Below, in pieces: positions 40,413 through 54,129 of a stretch of 64,000 nt of DNA. The stretch is taken from contig OZ024742.1 in assembly GCA_964016885.1 (NCBI GenBank), positions 201,872,001-201,936,000 of the forward strand, in the 5' to 3' direction. The stretch comes from Eledone cirrhosa (taxonomy: Eukaryota). The notes under the pieces were generated by a model that saw only the letters and a list, made by a program, of their open reading frames with translations, was not told the DNA's origin and did not search any database. The translations under genes were made by a program, and so were the position numbers. The number at the start of each line of letters is the position of its first letter. Position 1 is the first letter of the stretch.

Positions 40413-42074
40413 TTAAGTTAGCCATGTCAGCTCATTTCTCTCAGCCCGGTTGTTAAGTGGGGGTCTGAGGTTCTTAATAACAAGTGCTTCCTTTATCCTT
40501 AAGGATCCGATGCTGCGTTCAGTCGCTAGGACTGTGACCAAGGGTCTACCCTGTGGGTTTCCGCATTTAAGGATATGTTTACGGAAGGAAGATGCGTTGG
40601 TGTTGATATATTCCTTGATACGAACATGTAGGGGTCGGATGGTGCTACCTATGTAAAACTTGTTACATTTATCGCATTGAATCTTATATACGACATAGGT
40701 GCGTAGGCAATCTGCCCCCCGTATCGGGCAGTTGCTGAGGGAACACGTCCCATCTGCCTCGTAGGGTTTGTTGGAGAGGCATCTTCGCAGCGAAGGTCCT
40801 GTGTGGGCCAAATGTATGTCAAGTCCCTCCGTCCGTATGGCCCTGCGGATGGCGTTCGTGGTATATTCACTCAGGTGGGGGATTTTAAAAAAGCACCTGC
40901 TAATATTAAGTTTTCTAGTGGGTGTCAGTCTACTGGGTCTGGGGTCTCTAATTCCGTTAATCAGTCGCTTGGGATAACCATTAGATCTGAGTAGATTACG
41001 GAATTGCGTGGTATGGGTGAGACCACCCATCGGGTCGCTGCATCTGTTAGTGATCCGTGTCAGTTCATTTAGGACATAGCCTCTCTTAGCGTTGTTGGGG
41101 AGGGCTGAGTTATAATGCACAAATAAGTCCTTGCACGCTGCTTTGCGGTAGAAAGTGGTGTTTATGTCTCCTTCTTCCGAGATGTTGATACGGAAGTCGA
41201 GGAGGGCGAGTGACCCGTCTTCTCCTGGGTGTTCGATGGTGAAATCGATGTGTTGGTCAGTATCGTTGAAGATTTGGTGAATTTCATTCGCCATCTCCCG
41301 GGAAGAAGTAAGTATCAGGATATCATCAACGTATCTGGAGTAGAAGGCGACGGCGTTGGGTTGGCAGGTATTGAGTGCCTTGCGTTCCAGGTGGTCCATG
41401 TAAGAGATCGCAAGTATGCCGGACAGACTAGAGCCCATAGGTAGCCCAGAGATTTGTTTGTACGTGTGGCCGAGGAAATTGAAGAGTGCATTATCCACAA
41501 CGAAGGAAAGGAGTTGGTGGATGTCCGTGTGTGTGAGTCCGAAGCAGTGTAAGTTAGATGCTCGGACTCGTTCGGTCAACAGGTCGACAGCTGGGGATGC
41601 TGGTACGGAGGTATAAAGGGCGACCACATCAAGACTGAAGGCATAACCGTTGTCCTTTCTGGTGTTGGGCGCCAGATGGTGTAGTCGCTCCAAGACTTCC
41701 TTTGAGCTGCAGACGTGGGCTGGTAGTGTGTGTAGAATAGGTTTCAGTAGTGTGGAGAGCAGCCACGATATTTTATAGAGTGGGCCCTCCACGCTAGAGA
41801 CAATGGGCCTGATTTTCAAATCGGGTCCTTGTTTATGTGTTTTGACCAGGTGGTAGAAGGTGGGTAATTTGCTGTTTCGAGTCATTATGTTGTTTTTTAC
41901 CTTCTTTGGCAGTTTTCGTTGGACACAGATGTTAGTCCATATGGTGTTAATGCCTTCCTCGATTAGAGTCGAGGAGGTCCCTGTGACTTTCGAGTAGAGG
42001 CTGTGGTCATTAAGATGTTGGAGAGCTAAGTTGTTGTAGGTCTCTCTCGAGATGACACAGAATTCTTTCCCCTT
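40413..42074 (-). CDS. PLE-2 RT plus GIY-YIG, uninterrupted frame truncated at the DKG motif
   Basis: The frame stays open upstream of the listed ATG to KGKEFCVIS. RPIVS, DVVALYTSVP, GLPMGS, YSRYVDDI, LLD, VVYKIQC..FYIGST.R.L..R..E, KEA..LN. Confidence 0.93.
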   Translation of the reverse strand, partial: KGKEFCVISRETYNNLALQHLNDHSLYSKVTGTSSTLIEEGINTIWTNICVQRKLPKKVKNNIMTRNSKLPTFYHLVKTHKQGPDLKIRPIVSSVEGPLYKISWLLSTLLKPILHTLPAHVCSSKEVLERLHHLAPNTRKDNGYAFSLDVVALYTSVPASPAVDLLTERVRASNLHCFGLTHTDIHQLLSFVVDNALFNFLGHTYKQISGLPMGSSLSGILAISYMDHLERKALNTCQPNAVAFYSRYVDDILILTSSREMANEIHQIFNDTDQHIDFTIEHPGEDGSLALLDFRINISEEGDINTTFYRKAACKDLFVHYNSALPNNAKRGYVLNELTRITNRCSDPMGGLTHTTQFRNLLRSNGYPKRLINGIRDPRPSRLTPTRKLNISRCFFKIPHLSEYTTNAIRRAIRTEGLDIHLAHTGPSLRRCLSNKPYEADGTCSLSNCPIRGADCLRTYVVYKIQCDKCNKFYIGSTIRPLHVRIKEYINTNASSFRKHILKCGNPQGRPLVTVLATERSIGSLRIKEALVIKNLRPPLNNRAERNELTWLT

Positions 42075-42436
42075 GTATATTTATACACGCACACATATTT
42101 TACAACCTACCACCTTTCACACCCTTTGATTTCCAACTTCTACAGCCCACTATCTTTCACACACACACACACTCACACATATACACACTTACACTTATAC
42201 ACACACAGTCACACACACATATATATTTACATACACATATCTTACGGCTTTCACACGCTAACGCACCCTCTTGATTTAACCCATTTGGTCAGTAGCTTTT
42301 GCCACAGCTTATCACGCGCACGCGCATTCTTTCCCTCGTTTAAATTTTAAATATTTTTCTCCCCATAACGGCATTCCTGTCTTAACGACATCACCACTTT
42401 CTCCGCTTGGCCTGTTTTCCCCCCTTTTGGAACTTT

Positions 42437-42472
42437 TCCCCCGTTGATGGGCGTGAGCCCGAAATATTGGGA
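42437..42472 (+). ncRNA. Variant hammerhead-like motif in the PLE-2 pLTR (sense copy at 39770-39802 -)
   Basis: UCCC-CCGUUGA-U-GGGC(GUGA)GCCC-GAAA-UA-UU-GGGA. Confidence 0.55.
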
Positions 42473-42619
42473 TTAAATCTCTACTACGGTAACCCTTCTA
42501 CCTTTGTTTTGTTTTCATCTTTGTCTCTCTCAACTTTCAATTTCACCTGTTTTTCCTATCTATATTTCACTTCCTACCTCGAGATTTCCCTTTGCATTGT
42601 TGTGGCTTTCTTAAATACG

Positions 42620-42743
<124 letters not shown>

Positions 42744-43221
42744 AAGAACAGATTAAAGTTTAAGCAAAGAATTGCTGATTTTATCTTTAACGAGATCTTC
42801 AGAAGATCTCGTTAAGGGCTATAAAACTAAACTGAATTAGTTTCACACGTGTTAAAAATCTCGTGAAAGAGAGATGAAAATCACAGACTCATTTCACATG
42901 TTATTCTATAAAAATAATAATAATATAAAGAATCCCATATTTCGTAAAGAATAAATCAGAATAAATACACCAGCTAAAATATTGAGTTATTCCCCTTTGT
43001 GCAGCTCTTGCATTTTTCTATGTTTTGAAAAGGAAAGTCACCTCTTTCAATAAAGAGGCGATAACTACAAATATATTTATTCATTATTGATTTTGAACTA
43101 CATTAATATTCTTTCTATTCATAAGAAACAGTACACGAGATTGTAGTTACAGAATGATTAAAACGTCGGTATTTGTTCCGGCTAATTGTGGTTTGAGTTA
43201 AGGTCATATTTACCTTTAATT

Positions 43222-43600
43222 AGGGCAGTGGATTGGCAGTAGAGGGTCGGACGCCATGCTTTAACGTATAGAGTTACGGCCCTTGCCATTCTGAGTTCAA
43301 ATCCCGCCGAGGTTAATTTTGCCTTTCATCCTTACGGGGTCGATAATATAAAGTACCAGTAATGCACTGGGTAATTGCTGGCCTTGTGCCAAACGTAGAA
43401 ACAATTATTTTAATGGTGAATTGGCAGTATCGGTAGAGAGTCGGACATGCTTTCTAGCATAGAGTTACGTCCATTTATGATCTGAATTCAAATCCCGCCG
43501 AGGTTAACTTTGCCTTTCATCCATACGGGGTCGATAAAATAAAGTACCAGTAATGCACTGGATAATTGCTGGCCTTGTGCCTAACGTAGAAACCATTATT
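43222..43600 (+). mobile_element. Two tandem tRNA-SINE copies
   Basis: Consensus match. Confidence 0.9.
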
Positions 43601-43798
43601 ACAAAATATAAGTCCGGTATTTTAGTCGATTCTTCCACGACAGCCCTTTCTCATCTTTTCATTACTCCTCTTGCTCTTATTCTATCCCTCACTCTTCTCT
43701 TCTAATCTCAGTACAAACGATCAATATTTTGTGTATTGATCAAAATAATTATATATATATACACACACATATAAAACAACAAGTAAATGCTTACGACA

Positions 43799-43847
<49 letters not shown>

Positions 43848-43867
43848 TACATATATATATAGCAGTA

Positions 43868-43940
43868 AATGCTTACGACACTTAGAGTTCCCAAGCGGTC
43901 ACGCATCTAAGTACTGACTTCGGTGATCGGACGAGAAACG
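43868..43940 (-). pseudogene. 5S rRNA pseudogene fragment with an internal deletion
   Basis: Minus strand TTCTCGTCCGATCACCGAAGT/CAGTACTTAGATGCGTGACCGCTTGGGAA..GTGTCGTAAGC matches metazoan 5S, lacking the 5' end and ~20 internal nt. Confidence 0.85.
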
Positions 43941-44084
43941 ATATATATATATAGTAATAATAATAAATTTGAATACTAAAACCCAAAGAGGGCTCGATAA
44001 GGATAAATATATATCAGGTATATAAGAACCCTAGAGCAAATATTTATTTAAAAAAAAAGATATATATATATATATACACGCACA

Positions 44085-44202
<118 letters not shown>

Positions 44203-44387
44203 CACACACACACACACAGACATACACACAGATACACACGGTCGTAGACAGCATCTAGCAGTCCATTCCTCGAATCTACACCAACGAAATAACGAAATGA
44301 AACTAAGAAGAATATATCATAATTGATATTAGTAATATTTCTCATGCGAACGGAAAATTCTTCAAAAATTAGTTCATTATTTTTCAT

Positions 44388-44578
44388 AAGGGCGGTGGAT
44401 TGGCAGTATCGGTAGAGGGTCGGACGCCATGCTTTCCAGCATAGTTATTTCCCTTTACGATCTGAGTTCAAATCCCGCCGAGGTTGACTTTGCCTTTCAT
44501 CCTTACGGGGTCGATAAAATAAAGTACCAGTAATGCACTGGATAATTGCTGGCCTTGTGCCTAACGTAGAAACCATTA
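44388..44578 (+). mobile_element. Full-length tRNA-SINE
   Basis: Consensus match. Confidence 0.9.
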
Positions 44579-44837
44579 TTTTTCATATTTTCGTTTTAAT
44601 ATTTTGCAAAAATTTCTATTTATACACAAAGGCATAGTTGTGGGCTAAATGAAGTTGTTTTACAACAACGGGGATCTGATTTCATTCTCCCCGTGGAGCA
44701 CTTGGGGAAGTGTCCTCTATAATAGCTTCGAACTGGTCAATACTTGGTGGAAGAAAATAACAAGACAACGGTAACTGCTGAAGCACGTTACGCTTGCCCC
44801 CCCCCCCCCACACACACACAAACACATACACACGCAG

Positions 44838-44879
<42 letters not shown>

Positions 44880-45107
44880 CATATATGTGTGTGTTTATTA
44901 ATATATATTTAGGTTTATTGGTTCACCACTGGATAGAACTGGTCATTCCGTATGGTCAACCCCGAAGTAATATCAGGGAGAGCACACAACGTAATGCAAC
45001 TCACCCGTCTTCGTTTGTGTTGTTGGTGGTGCGACTACTGAACCCGGTCATTGAAATGTTCATAGTATAATAAACCTTTAAGTAATTACACCAGTCCAGC
45101 CTCCTGT

Positions 45108-45169
<62 letters not shown>

Positions 45170-45304
45170 GCTAACATAAAGTTATTGGACCATTTTACAC
45201 AACCAATAATGCACCTTACTATATAACAACTATATATATATATATATATATATATAGTAATAATAGTAATAATAATAAAATTTAAGCGATTCTTTGCTTT
45301 GTTA

Positions 45305-45351
<47 letters not shown>

Positions 45352-46461
45352 GTTATATAGTAAGGTGCATTATTGGTTGTGTAAAATATATATATATTGG
45401 GTTTAGTATAATCAATGTTAAGTTATTACCCCAGCATGGCCGCAGTCCATTGACTGGAAACTGTAAACAATATAAAAAGAGAAGAAAATACATCCAATGA
45501 CAGGCGGCCTTATCATATTGGCCGCGCGGATGGAATATCACTTGAGGTAACATTATACAATATAAAAAGAGTCGCTCCCCTTTCTCTTGAGATAATCACA
45601 TAAAAGATATATATCATTGTATGTATGTGTGTATATATGTGTGGATGTGTTTTAAAGCATGGGACACAAATGTGGATTTATTCTTTTATTATTTATGTAT
45701 ATATTTGTTTCAATCATCAGTGTCGCCATGCTGGGGACCCGCATTGTAATAAATTGGGTTGATCATATCGACATCGATACTTATATACTAACGTCTAATA
45801 CTTATTTTATCGATCTCATTTTGTCGAACTGGGAAAATGAAAGCTGTAATTATATCCACAGACACAGACACACATACACTATATACATATATGTATATAT
45901 GTATGTATATACATATATACGTGCATACATGCATATCTATATATCAATATATGTCTATCTAACCCTCTCTCTTTTTTGCTTCCCCATCTCTCTCTGTCTC
46001 TCTGTCTCTCTCTCTCTCTCCCCTCTCTCTCTGTCCGTATATATATATATATATGAAAGATTCTCAACTTGTTTGCATACACTTCATATAGAGGGCTCAT
46101 ATTATGAATTTTCACTTCAATCCTAGCGATAACATTTTTCTCCCGTCTTATATATAATTAATCGGATGTTCTAGATTAGTTGATTCTGGGAATAGACTTC
46201 GCTGAAGTTATCGCAGAAGATTGCATCTTCTAAAAATGTTACAAAACATTTGTATCAGCTCCAGATGTAGGGGGTTCTCTCCCCTTCGCATTTCCCATGA
46301 TTTGAACACATCAAGAGAGAGTTTTCATCTTGAAATACCAAGGAACGTCTACTCCGAATGAAATATTATCTATTCGCCATATTTGAAAGGCGAAGCACTA
46401 GTGTTGTGTGTATATATATATATATATATATCACAGAACACTGGAGTAACCCATTTACTTC

Positions 46462-46496
46462 CCTCTGAAGAAGAGATATTATCTCGAAATATAAGG
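46462..46496 (+). ncRNA. Minimal type I hammerhead ribozyme motif
   Basis: CCU-CUGAAGA-A-GAGAU(AUU)AUCUC-GAAA-UA-UA/AGG, in a ~180-bp insert between (TA)n tracts. Confidence 0.8.
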
Positions 46497-46609
46497 ATAT
46501 TCAAATAAATTTAATGTAAAAGACTAATTGTCAGCGATATCTTTTGCATTTGTATTTATATTCTATATCCATACCTGCATTGTTCTGGCCTTCTAACTCC
46601 AAACGTTTA

Positions 46610-46671
<62 letters not shown>

Positions 46672-46721
46672 ACTCTGTGTTTATATATATATTTGTGTGT
46701 CTGTATAGAGGACACTCTATA

Positions 46722-46768
<47 letters not shown>

Positions 46769-46776
46769 TTATTTCA

Positions 46777-46895
46777 TTCTGAGTTCAAATCCCGCCGAGG
46801 TTAACTTTGCCTTTCATCCTTACGGGGTCGATAAAATAAAGTACCAGTAATACACTGATAATTGCTGGCCTTGTGCCAAAAGTAGAAACAATTAT
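46777..46895 (+). mobile_element. 5'-truncated tRNA-SINE
   Basis: Consensus match from the B box onward. Confidence 0.85.
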
Positions 46896-47429
46896 TTATC
46901 ATTTCATGCTGAGCGCGCCACTGACCACCTATTCGCTAACTAGTTCTATAACCCTAAATTTACATACTACTGTTTTGAAGAATGCCTATTCATTTATATA
47001 GTATGTCCTAAATGCATACTACATTATGAAGAGAAAATGTTGGATATTCAGGATTCAGCGCGTTTCATCATGTGACTACTCATTCAAATGTGATCCAGTA
47101 CCTAAGCATCAAAAACTTACCTCCAATACAAAATTAGAACACATCATTTTCTTTCATTTCTGTATATATCTTGAGTCTTATTTCATCATGAGTCCGCTGG
47201 AGAATCATACGTTTAACGAACATTGGGAACCTAGAAGCTCATCAGACTGATGTTTATTTCGCTTTAAGAAAAGCGACTGATGTTTCAAGATTATATCACT
47301 TCCATGCAACACCTGCCCGTCCCAAACTTTAAAATTCAGATGCATTGCTTCTGCTGCTGCTGTTGGCGACATTTACTTTTTCATTTTGGTGAACTGAAGC
47401 AACGTAAAATATATTTTCTCGCTCAAGAA

Positions 47430-47812
47430 TACAATGTTGCGAAAACGGAGACACTCGTCTTCTCAAGTAAAACCTTTCAGTCCACTCTACATGTGAATGG
47501 AATTCTACAGAAGCAGGTGGAGATATTCAAGTATCTCGTGGCCGTGTTCGCGAGTGATGGAAAGCCAGAGGGTGATTTAATTGCAAGAATTGCGGAAACT
47601 AGTGCAGTAATGCACCAACCTCAGCATTCGATAATCAGAGAGGTAGGTGGAAAAGCCAAACTCGCTATCTTCAATTCAGTATTCGCGCCAACCCTTACCT
47701 ATTGTCATGAATCTTGGGTAATGCCTGAAAGAATACGATCCCGAATACAAGCGGCCGAAATAGGGTTCTCCGAAGTCTTCGGAGTAACATTAATTGATAG
47801 AATGCGTAGCCT
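47430..47812 (+). mobile_element. RTE-clade RT C-terminal fragment
   Basis: NVAKTE..QVEIFKYL..PTLTYCHESWVM..IQAAEIGF. Confidence 0.8.
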
Positions 47813-47829
47813 CGAAGATATACACTGCA

Positions 47830-48400
47830 TGATGTGATGGGCAGGATAATCCACTGGCACCTATGCAAAGTAAACAATTTACAACATTCTGAGAAGTGGT
47901 ATGAGCATAAGCCAGAGTCGGTGATAGAAAACGATCAGGAGAAGGTGCTGTGGGATTTTAGGAGACAGACGGACAAGAAACTGGAACACAATAGACCTGA
48001 CCTGGTGGTTTTGGACAAGGAAAAAAAGATCATGCCTAATTGGGGATGTGGCGTGCCCATTCGACACGAGAGTGCAAGAGGAGAGGGAGAAAATTAACCG
48101 ATACCAGGACTTAAAGTGGGAGGTAAAAAGGATTTGAAACTGCCATGAAGTCAAAGTGATTGTCATAGGCGCACTAGGTACAATCTCAAAAAGTTTCCAG
48201 AGATGGTTAAAGAAAATTGGCCCCGCCCCGCTTTTTGGAACACTTCAAAAGGCATGCTTGCTGGGAACAGCAAGAACCCTCCGATACGTCCTGACTATCT
48301 GAGGCTGCAGGTAGTGGCTTGATATTCATTTCAACAAACTTTCCAGTTAACTAACATCAATGACTGAGACTCAAAGAACAACAATAATATTAATAATTAT
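47830..48400 (+). mobile_element. Dong/Rex6-like (R4 clade) RLE 3' fragment ending in (TAA)-like repeats
   Basis: IHWHLCK..KWYEHKPE..VLWDF..TD..HNRPDLVVLD..DVACP..IGALG..LQKACLLGTAR. Confidence 0.88.
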
Positions 48401-48409
48401 TATTTTTAT

Positions 48410-49100
48410 GTTCAGTGCCCGAGCATTGCTGACTTGTGGTGCTATGTCGAACAGTTGCTGTCGCGTGTAGGACTGATCCGGTTATCGACTGAGTCCATTG
48501 TGCAGATGGTCTCGCCGTCTTCCTTCGAGGAGGAAGGGCAGGCGGTTTTCATCTGCCTGGTGGGCATGGCGAAAGACATTGTGTGGTGGACAAGGTTGAA
48601 AGGGTTAAAGACAGACACTTTCCTCTCTTCGGCGGATCCCTAATTAACTTTTTCAAGTTTCACTTGAAGAGGAAAATCAAGGTGGAGAGGCAAGGGCTGC
48701 CTTCTAGCAAGTTTGTTGAAAGTTGGTTTAAATTAGCGAGAATGGTCCGAGTGAACGGGACCGCTCTGAATATACGTCTGTAGTTTGAGAAATGGAAAAA
48801 TTGAGAGAGGGCCTTTGCCCTGGTGGTCAGGGTGGCCGTGGTTTTTTGTGTGGTTTTCGCCATGAGTAACCCTCGGAGGTTTCCCCCCTATTGGGGAATT
48901 TTTCATTGTTTCAATTTTCATTTTTATTGTTTATATATATATATGTTTCTATGTCTTTTTTTTCTTTTCTTATATAAATAATAAAAATATTTACACGCCC
49001 AAAACCCACATCGTACCGTCCTATACCGTCCTGTACCGTCCTGGCCCGTCTGTAATGTTTTTCTTGATGTCAGCCCTTGTGGCCAATAAAGAAATCATTA
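48410..49100 (+). mobile_element. Tx1/L1-like LINE 3' end
   Basis: C-terminal ORF remnant (LWCYVEQLL..AKDIVWWTR), 3'UTR, AATAAA then (TTA)n. Confidence 0.55.
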
Positions 49101-50861
49101 TTATTATTATTGTTATTATTATTGATAATAATGGTTTCTACAAGAAGAAGAAGAAGAAGAAGAAGAAGAAGAAGAAGAAGAAGAAATATGGACGCCATTT
49201 TTAAACAGATAACCTAACAAGCAGGCATTAAATATGAACGTAAACAGAATTACTTTCAATGAACAACTATTTACATTTAAAGCAAGATGGCCATCAACAT
49301 TTATCGTCGTAATATTTTTCGATCCAACAAAGAAGTATTTTGAAAATCTTTGATACCCAAGACAGCAGTAATGACACAAAATTTCAAAGTAAAATTAAGT
49401 ATGTGTTGAGTTAGAAAACAATGAAATATATTTAATGTAAGGTTGTCTCCTGAGTCGTTTTAATATCAATCGTTAAAACATTGAAATCGTTTAACGCAAT
49501 ATCTCTTTAAATATATTTAATGCAATGTATGATAATAAAGATTAAAAAACACATCCATAAATATCGGCGTAAAGTGTTCCAGTCGTAGACTATTAACGAT
49601 TGACAATGTAGGCGTGAGTCGGAATAATTCTTGTGTTGATATCACACACGTAAGATCGTGGGTTCCATCCACGTTATTTTACATTGCTCAAAGGCACTCA
49701 GCTGAAAGAAAATGAGTACAAGCAGTAAAAACTGAGGTTTACCTTGCAAAGAGTAAAAGAGGGAAGTCATAGATACTCCGAAATTAAGATAAACTCAAGC
49801 CTCCGTCCATTCGTGAAAGCATGTACAAACAAATGTAAAACAGATGGCTCACTCAAACTCAAAACATAGATTGTAATAAAATGCAAATGGACTTTCGTCG
49901 ATTTCTACAATGATAATTCTAAGCATGGAATATCAGCTAGTTACGATGTGCAGATCTTTCTCTTGGATGGGGAAAGTTTGTAACTTCATATTTCTTTCCT
50001 TTTTCTGTTTTTTTTTTCTTTTGGCATAGACCTCTTCCGTAGTTTTTATATTTGGCAGTATCATTGGAGCGTCGGATAACATGCTTTATGACACAGAGTT
50101 ATGGCGCTTTACAATCTGAGATCAAATCCTGCCGAAGTTAGCTTTGCATTTCGTCTTACGTGGTCGATAAAATAAAGTACAGTAATCACTGGGGTCGAGT
50201 TAATCGACGTTCCCATTCCCCAAAATTGTTGGTCTTGTGTCTAAACCAGACACCAATATTTCTACAACAGAGGTTCCACCGAGAAAATAAAATGTTACGG
50301 AAGTTATTTTTTGGATCATCTGTCGGTTTCGATAATGAACATTCAATGTTTCTATAAGCTGAACGTTAGATGCATAAATTTAGGTGTCAGTCATGAGTAT
50401 TCCACACTCACGTGTACAATTAACGTAAATCCCAAGCAGAATCAACAAAACACAATACATGACAATGCTGAAATTTTGAGTGAAATTGGGTTGATTCAAA
50501 CTTCTTGGAAGTCAATCAGGTGAATGGATGGTCCCGTAACTTGTGAGAGAGTCGTAGAAGTGCCGTATTGAGATACGGCGTTTCTACGACATCTTCCTTT
50601 AACCTTACTGAATCCAAACCTGTCCAGGTCTGAATTGAGCAGATTTCTTCCAGAGGAGGACAGAGAGTTATAGAATAGAATTGAGGATGAGACATATAGG
50701 AAGAATCGGCCCTAGTACTAGACTCTCATTTTTTTCGACCTTGAATGGATGAAAGGCAACTTTGAGTTCAGCGGGATTTGAACTCAGAGAGCAAAGGGCC
50801 GAAACGAATAACACAAAGCATTATATCCGACGTTCTAATGGTTCTGTCAATTCACTGCCGC

Positions 50862-51050
50862 ACGGCCCCAGGGCTATCTACTGACTCACCACCATAGGCG
50901 CTGAGCTGGCCAGCCGCAGGTGTGAGCCCCGCGAGTTGGAGTGGCATTTCCAGTGCGCCTCCCTTGCCGTCCTCCGGGGAAACGCCTCCTCTATTCTGTC
51001 CACCGGGGCTGTGGGTGGGCCCCATCGCGTACCGTTATAGTTGTTGTATA
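50862..51050 (+). mobile_element. Second CRE-like RLE 3' tip
   Basis: TIGAELASRRCEPRELEWHFQCASLAVLRGNASSIL; GC-rich island. Confidence 0.7.
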
Positions 51051-51461
51051 CAGATATTAACGCATCAATCCCATTGTCCTAATTCATTTATTTATAGCAT
51101 ATTTAAATATCTTAATAACTCCTATATTAAATAAAAAAAATTAGGATTGGTCAAATACGTTGTATTTGCAATTCAAAGAACCAAAATTATTCAGTCAATT
51201 ACATAACAATACTATGTGGACTCCACCTGTAATTCAAAAGCCAGCCTTGTCACAGATATTATCCCAATTAATCGCTCTGATGTTTTATTTTACCGACACC
51301 AATATGATGAAACCAACATCATGAGTTGAATTCAGACTAGAATTCCTGGATGAAAAACACAAGTGACTGTGTTTCCCGCTCTAATGCTTCGGCAATTTGC
51401 AGACAATATAATATAGTTATGGTGCGGTAGGATAAACTCTCGCTCTCTCTCTCTCTCTCTC

Positions 51462-51519
<58 letters not shown>

Positions 51520-52041
51520 GCTCTCAGGAAATTTAAGTGCAAACCGCGGAATCTAATTAACATTAAATTTAATTATAAAATAGTTAATATTCTACATTTC
51601 TTAATCTCAGAAATAATGCAGTGTTAGAATGTCAGATTAAACACCTCGGCATATATTCCAGTATTAGGATGAATTCTTTCTCTACGGCTTTTTCCAACAT
51701 GCAAGTTCTCTCACTTTATCTCTCTCTTGTAGCCACACACACACAAGCACTCAGTTAATCCCTCTGTATCCTCTTTTCTGAGAAAAATAGGCTGTGTTCG
51801 AATGTGGAATAGGATGAGCCCCAACAGGTTTAAAATGTTCAATGTAAATAATGGCAAAAGAATTTCAAACGAAATAAAACCAGGTCTTTGTTCAAAGTAC
51901 TGGTAATGATATATAATAATATAATATAATATAATATAATGGTTATAATATAATTTGATATAATACAATGAAAATATAATATAATGGAATAAATAATATA
52001 ATGGAATAATCTAATACAATATAATATAATAAATATAATAT

Positions 52042-52232
52042 AATTGTTTCTACGTTAGGAACAAGCCCAGCAAATACCCAGTGTATTACTGGTACTTTAT
52101 TTTATCGACCCCGTAAGGATGAAAGACAAAGTTAACCTCGGCGGGATTTGAACTCAGAATAGCAAGGGCCGTAACTCTATGCGTCAAAGCATGGCGTCCG
52201 ACTCTCTACCAATACTGCGAATCCACCGCCCT
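52042..52232 (-). mobile_element. Full-length tRNA-SINE
   Basis: Reverse-complement consensus match. Confidence 0.9.
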
Positions 52233-52476
52233 AATATAATATAATGCAATACAATATAGTATAATATAACATAATATAATATAACTGTGATAGTTAATCT
52301 ACTTTTTGATAACTTTATATCTTAAAGTTTCATTCTACTTACCTATAATTACAATGGATATGTGAGTAAAATTACATACATACACACTCACACACACACA
52401 CAAACATACATAGACAAACAGACACATACACACAGACAGACAGACATATAGAGACACACAGCCACACGCAGACACA

Positions 52477-52554
<78 letters not shown>

Positions 52555-52932
52555 GTATATATGACTAAAGAAACTTTAGCCTGATAGTGGGGTTTAGAAT
52601 CATCTGAGAAATAGAAAAAGATGAGTATAGAGGGTTCTAAACCTAACTATCAGGCTAAAATTTCTTTATACTATTTTATAATCTCAAACTCACTCGCTGT
52701 TTCAAAACATACTTACTTACTTATATATATGTATATATATATACATATGTTATATATATATTATATATATATATATGATATATATATATACAATTGATAT
52801 TAAATAAATGGAAACTATATTTATAAAACCATATTTATTCTATTAATTTGGTACGCTATCATCAGATAAAAGGATGATATACCTTAACGGTTCAAGTTAT
52901 CCCTTCAAATATTTATAAAACATTTTGTATTT

Positions 52933-52983
52933 TATCTGATGATAGTGTACCAAAAGTTTGGTACACTTGAAATATATATAATA
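52933..52983 (+). ncRNA. Type I hammerhead motif in foldback insert 52790-53120 (second family copy at 56052-56102 -)
   Basis: UAU-CUGAUGA-U-AGUGUACCAAA(AG)UUUGGUACACU-U-GAAA-UAUAUA-UA/AUA. Confidence 0.75.
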
Positions 52984-54063
52984 GAATAAATAAGGTTTTA
53001 TAAATATAGTTTCCATTTATTTAATATCAATTGAATACTTACTCCAGAAACTGTCGAGTGCTTTGAATCAGTTGTAAACATCTATATTTGTTGGATTTCC
53101 AACAAATTAAATCTCTCTTATATATATATATATATAAATGTGTGTGTGTGTGTGTATGTGTGTGTGTGTGTGTGTAATTAAGGATAGTTTTCCGAAAGAG
53201 ATGTATAAAAACCCATATAAAGTATTCAACATTTTAGAGAAGAAGCATAGTTATTTCATAGAAAGGACTTCTACAAGACTAGAATTGTTTCATTCATTGG
53301 AAGTCATCAGATCATTCATAGACATATATAATTTATCTCAGAAAGAAATAGGGTCTAAAGGACTAGAAGTAATTTCTTTGTTTGAAATCATCATGAAGGG
53401 ACCGAAACAATTTTAGTTCTGTAGAAATCATCTCTGTTTGAAATAAATTATGTAGCGTCTTTACTTATTGCATTGAGTAATACTTTATTTGCATGTAATT
53501 TCCTTCCCTGCCTCTACGGAAAACAATTCCCTATATGTATAGATATATATGCTGTTCGAATTACAGGAACTTCAAAAATCAGTATAATAATCAATGCATA
53601 ATTAATTGTAAAACTGATATAGTTGAGAAATATCGTGCCAAAGAAGATGTCCTCCGTTTTAAATTGTTCTCCGTAGCGTCAGGGTAGATAATTCTTCCCT
53701 CCAATGTTATTACCAGAAACTCTTCCATAGAAACCAGACGTCAATGAGTTGCTTTAGGTTTGCATATGTTGTTCTTCGATCTCGCAGCTGAAAAGTAACA
53801 TTTGTCTCGCCTATTCAATGAGCATGACACTTCCGTTCATTGCTGCCCTCCAAGATTCATTAATACAGTATACATGCATACACACACACGTATATATACA
53901 CTGGAAAGTAGGGTTTTTTAATATATTCTCCATAGGTAAAAATATAGGAAAAAGATGGTTCATTTACAATAAGTTATAAGATTACCGGTTTCACAAGTTT
54001 CATGTCATTCAACTCGTAGATAAACCTTAAAGACTCCAATACCATTTTCAACCTCTTTTTTCT

Positions 54064-54101
<38 letters not shown>

Positions 54102-54129
54102 CGACATATATCTATATCTATATATATAT

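Noticed and set aside
53640-53790. Minus-strand acceptor-like site (TTTTCAG) suggesting an exon
   Set aside because: All three frames close quickly and no family is recognisable.
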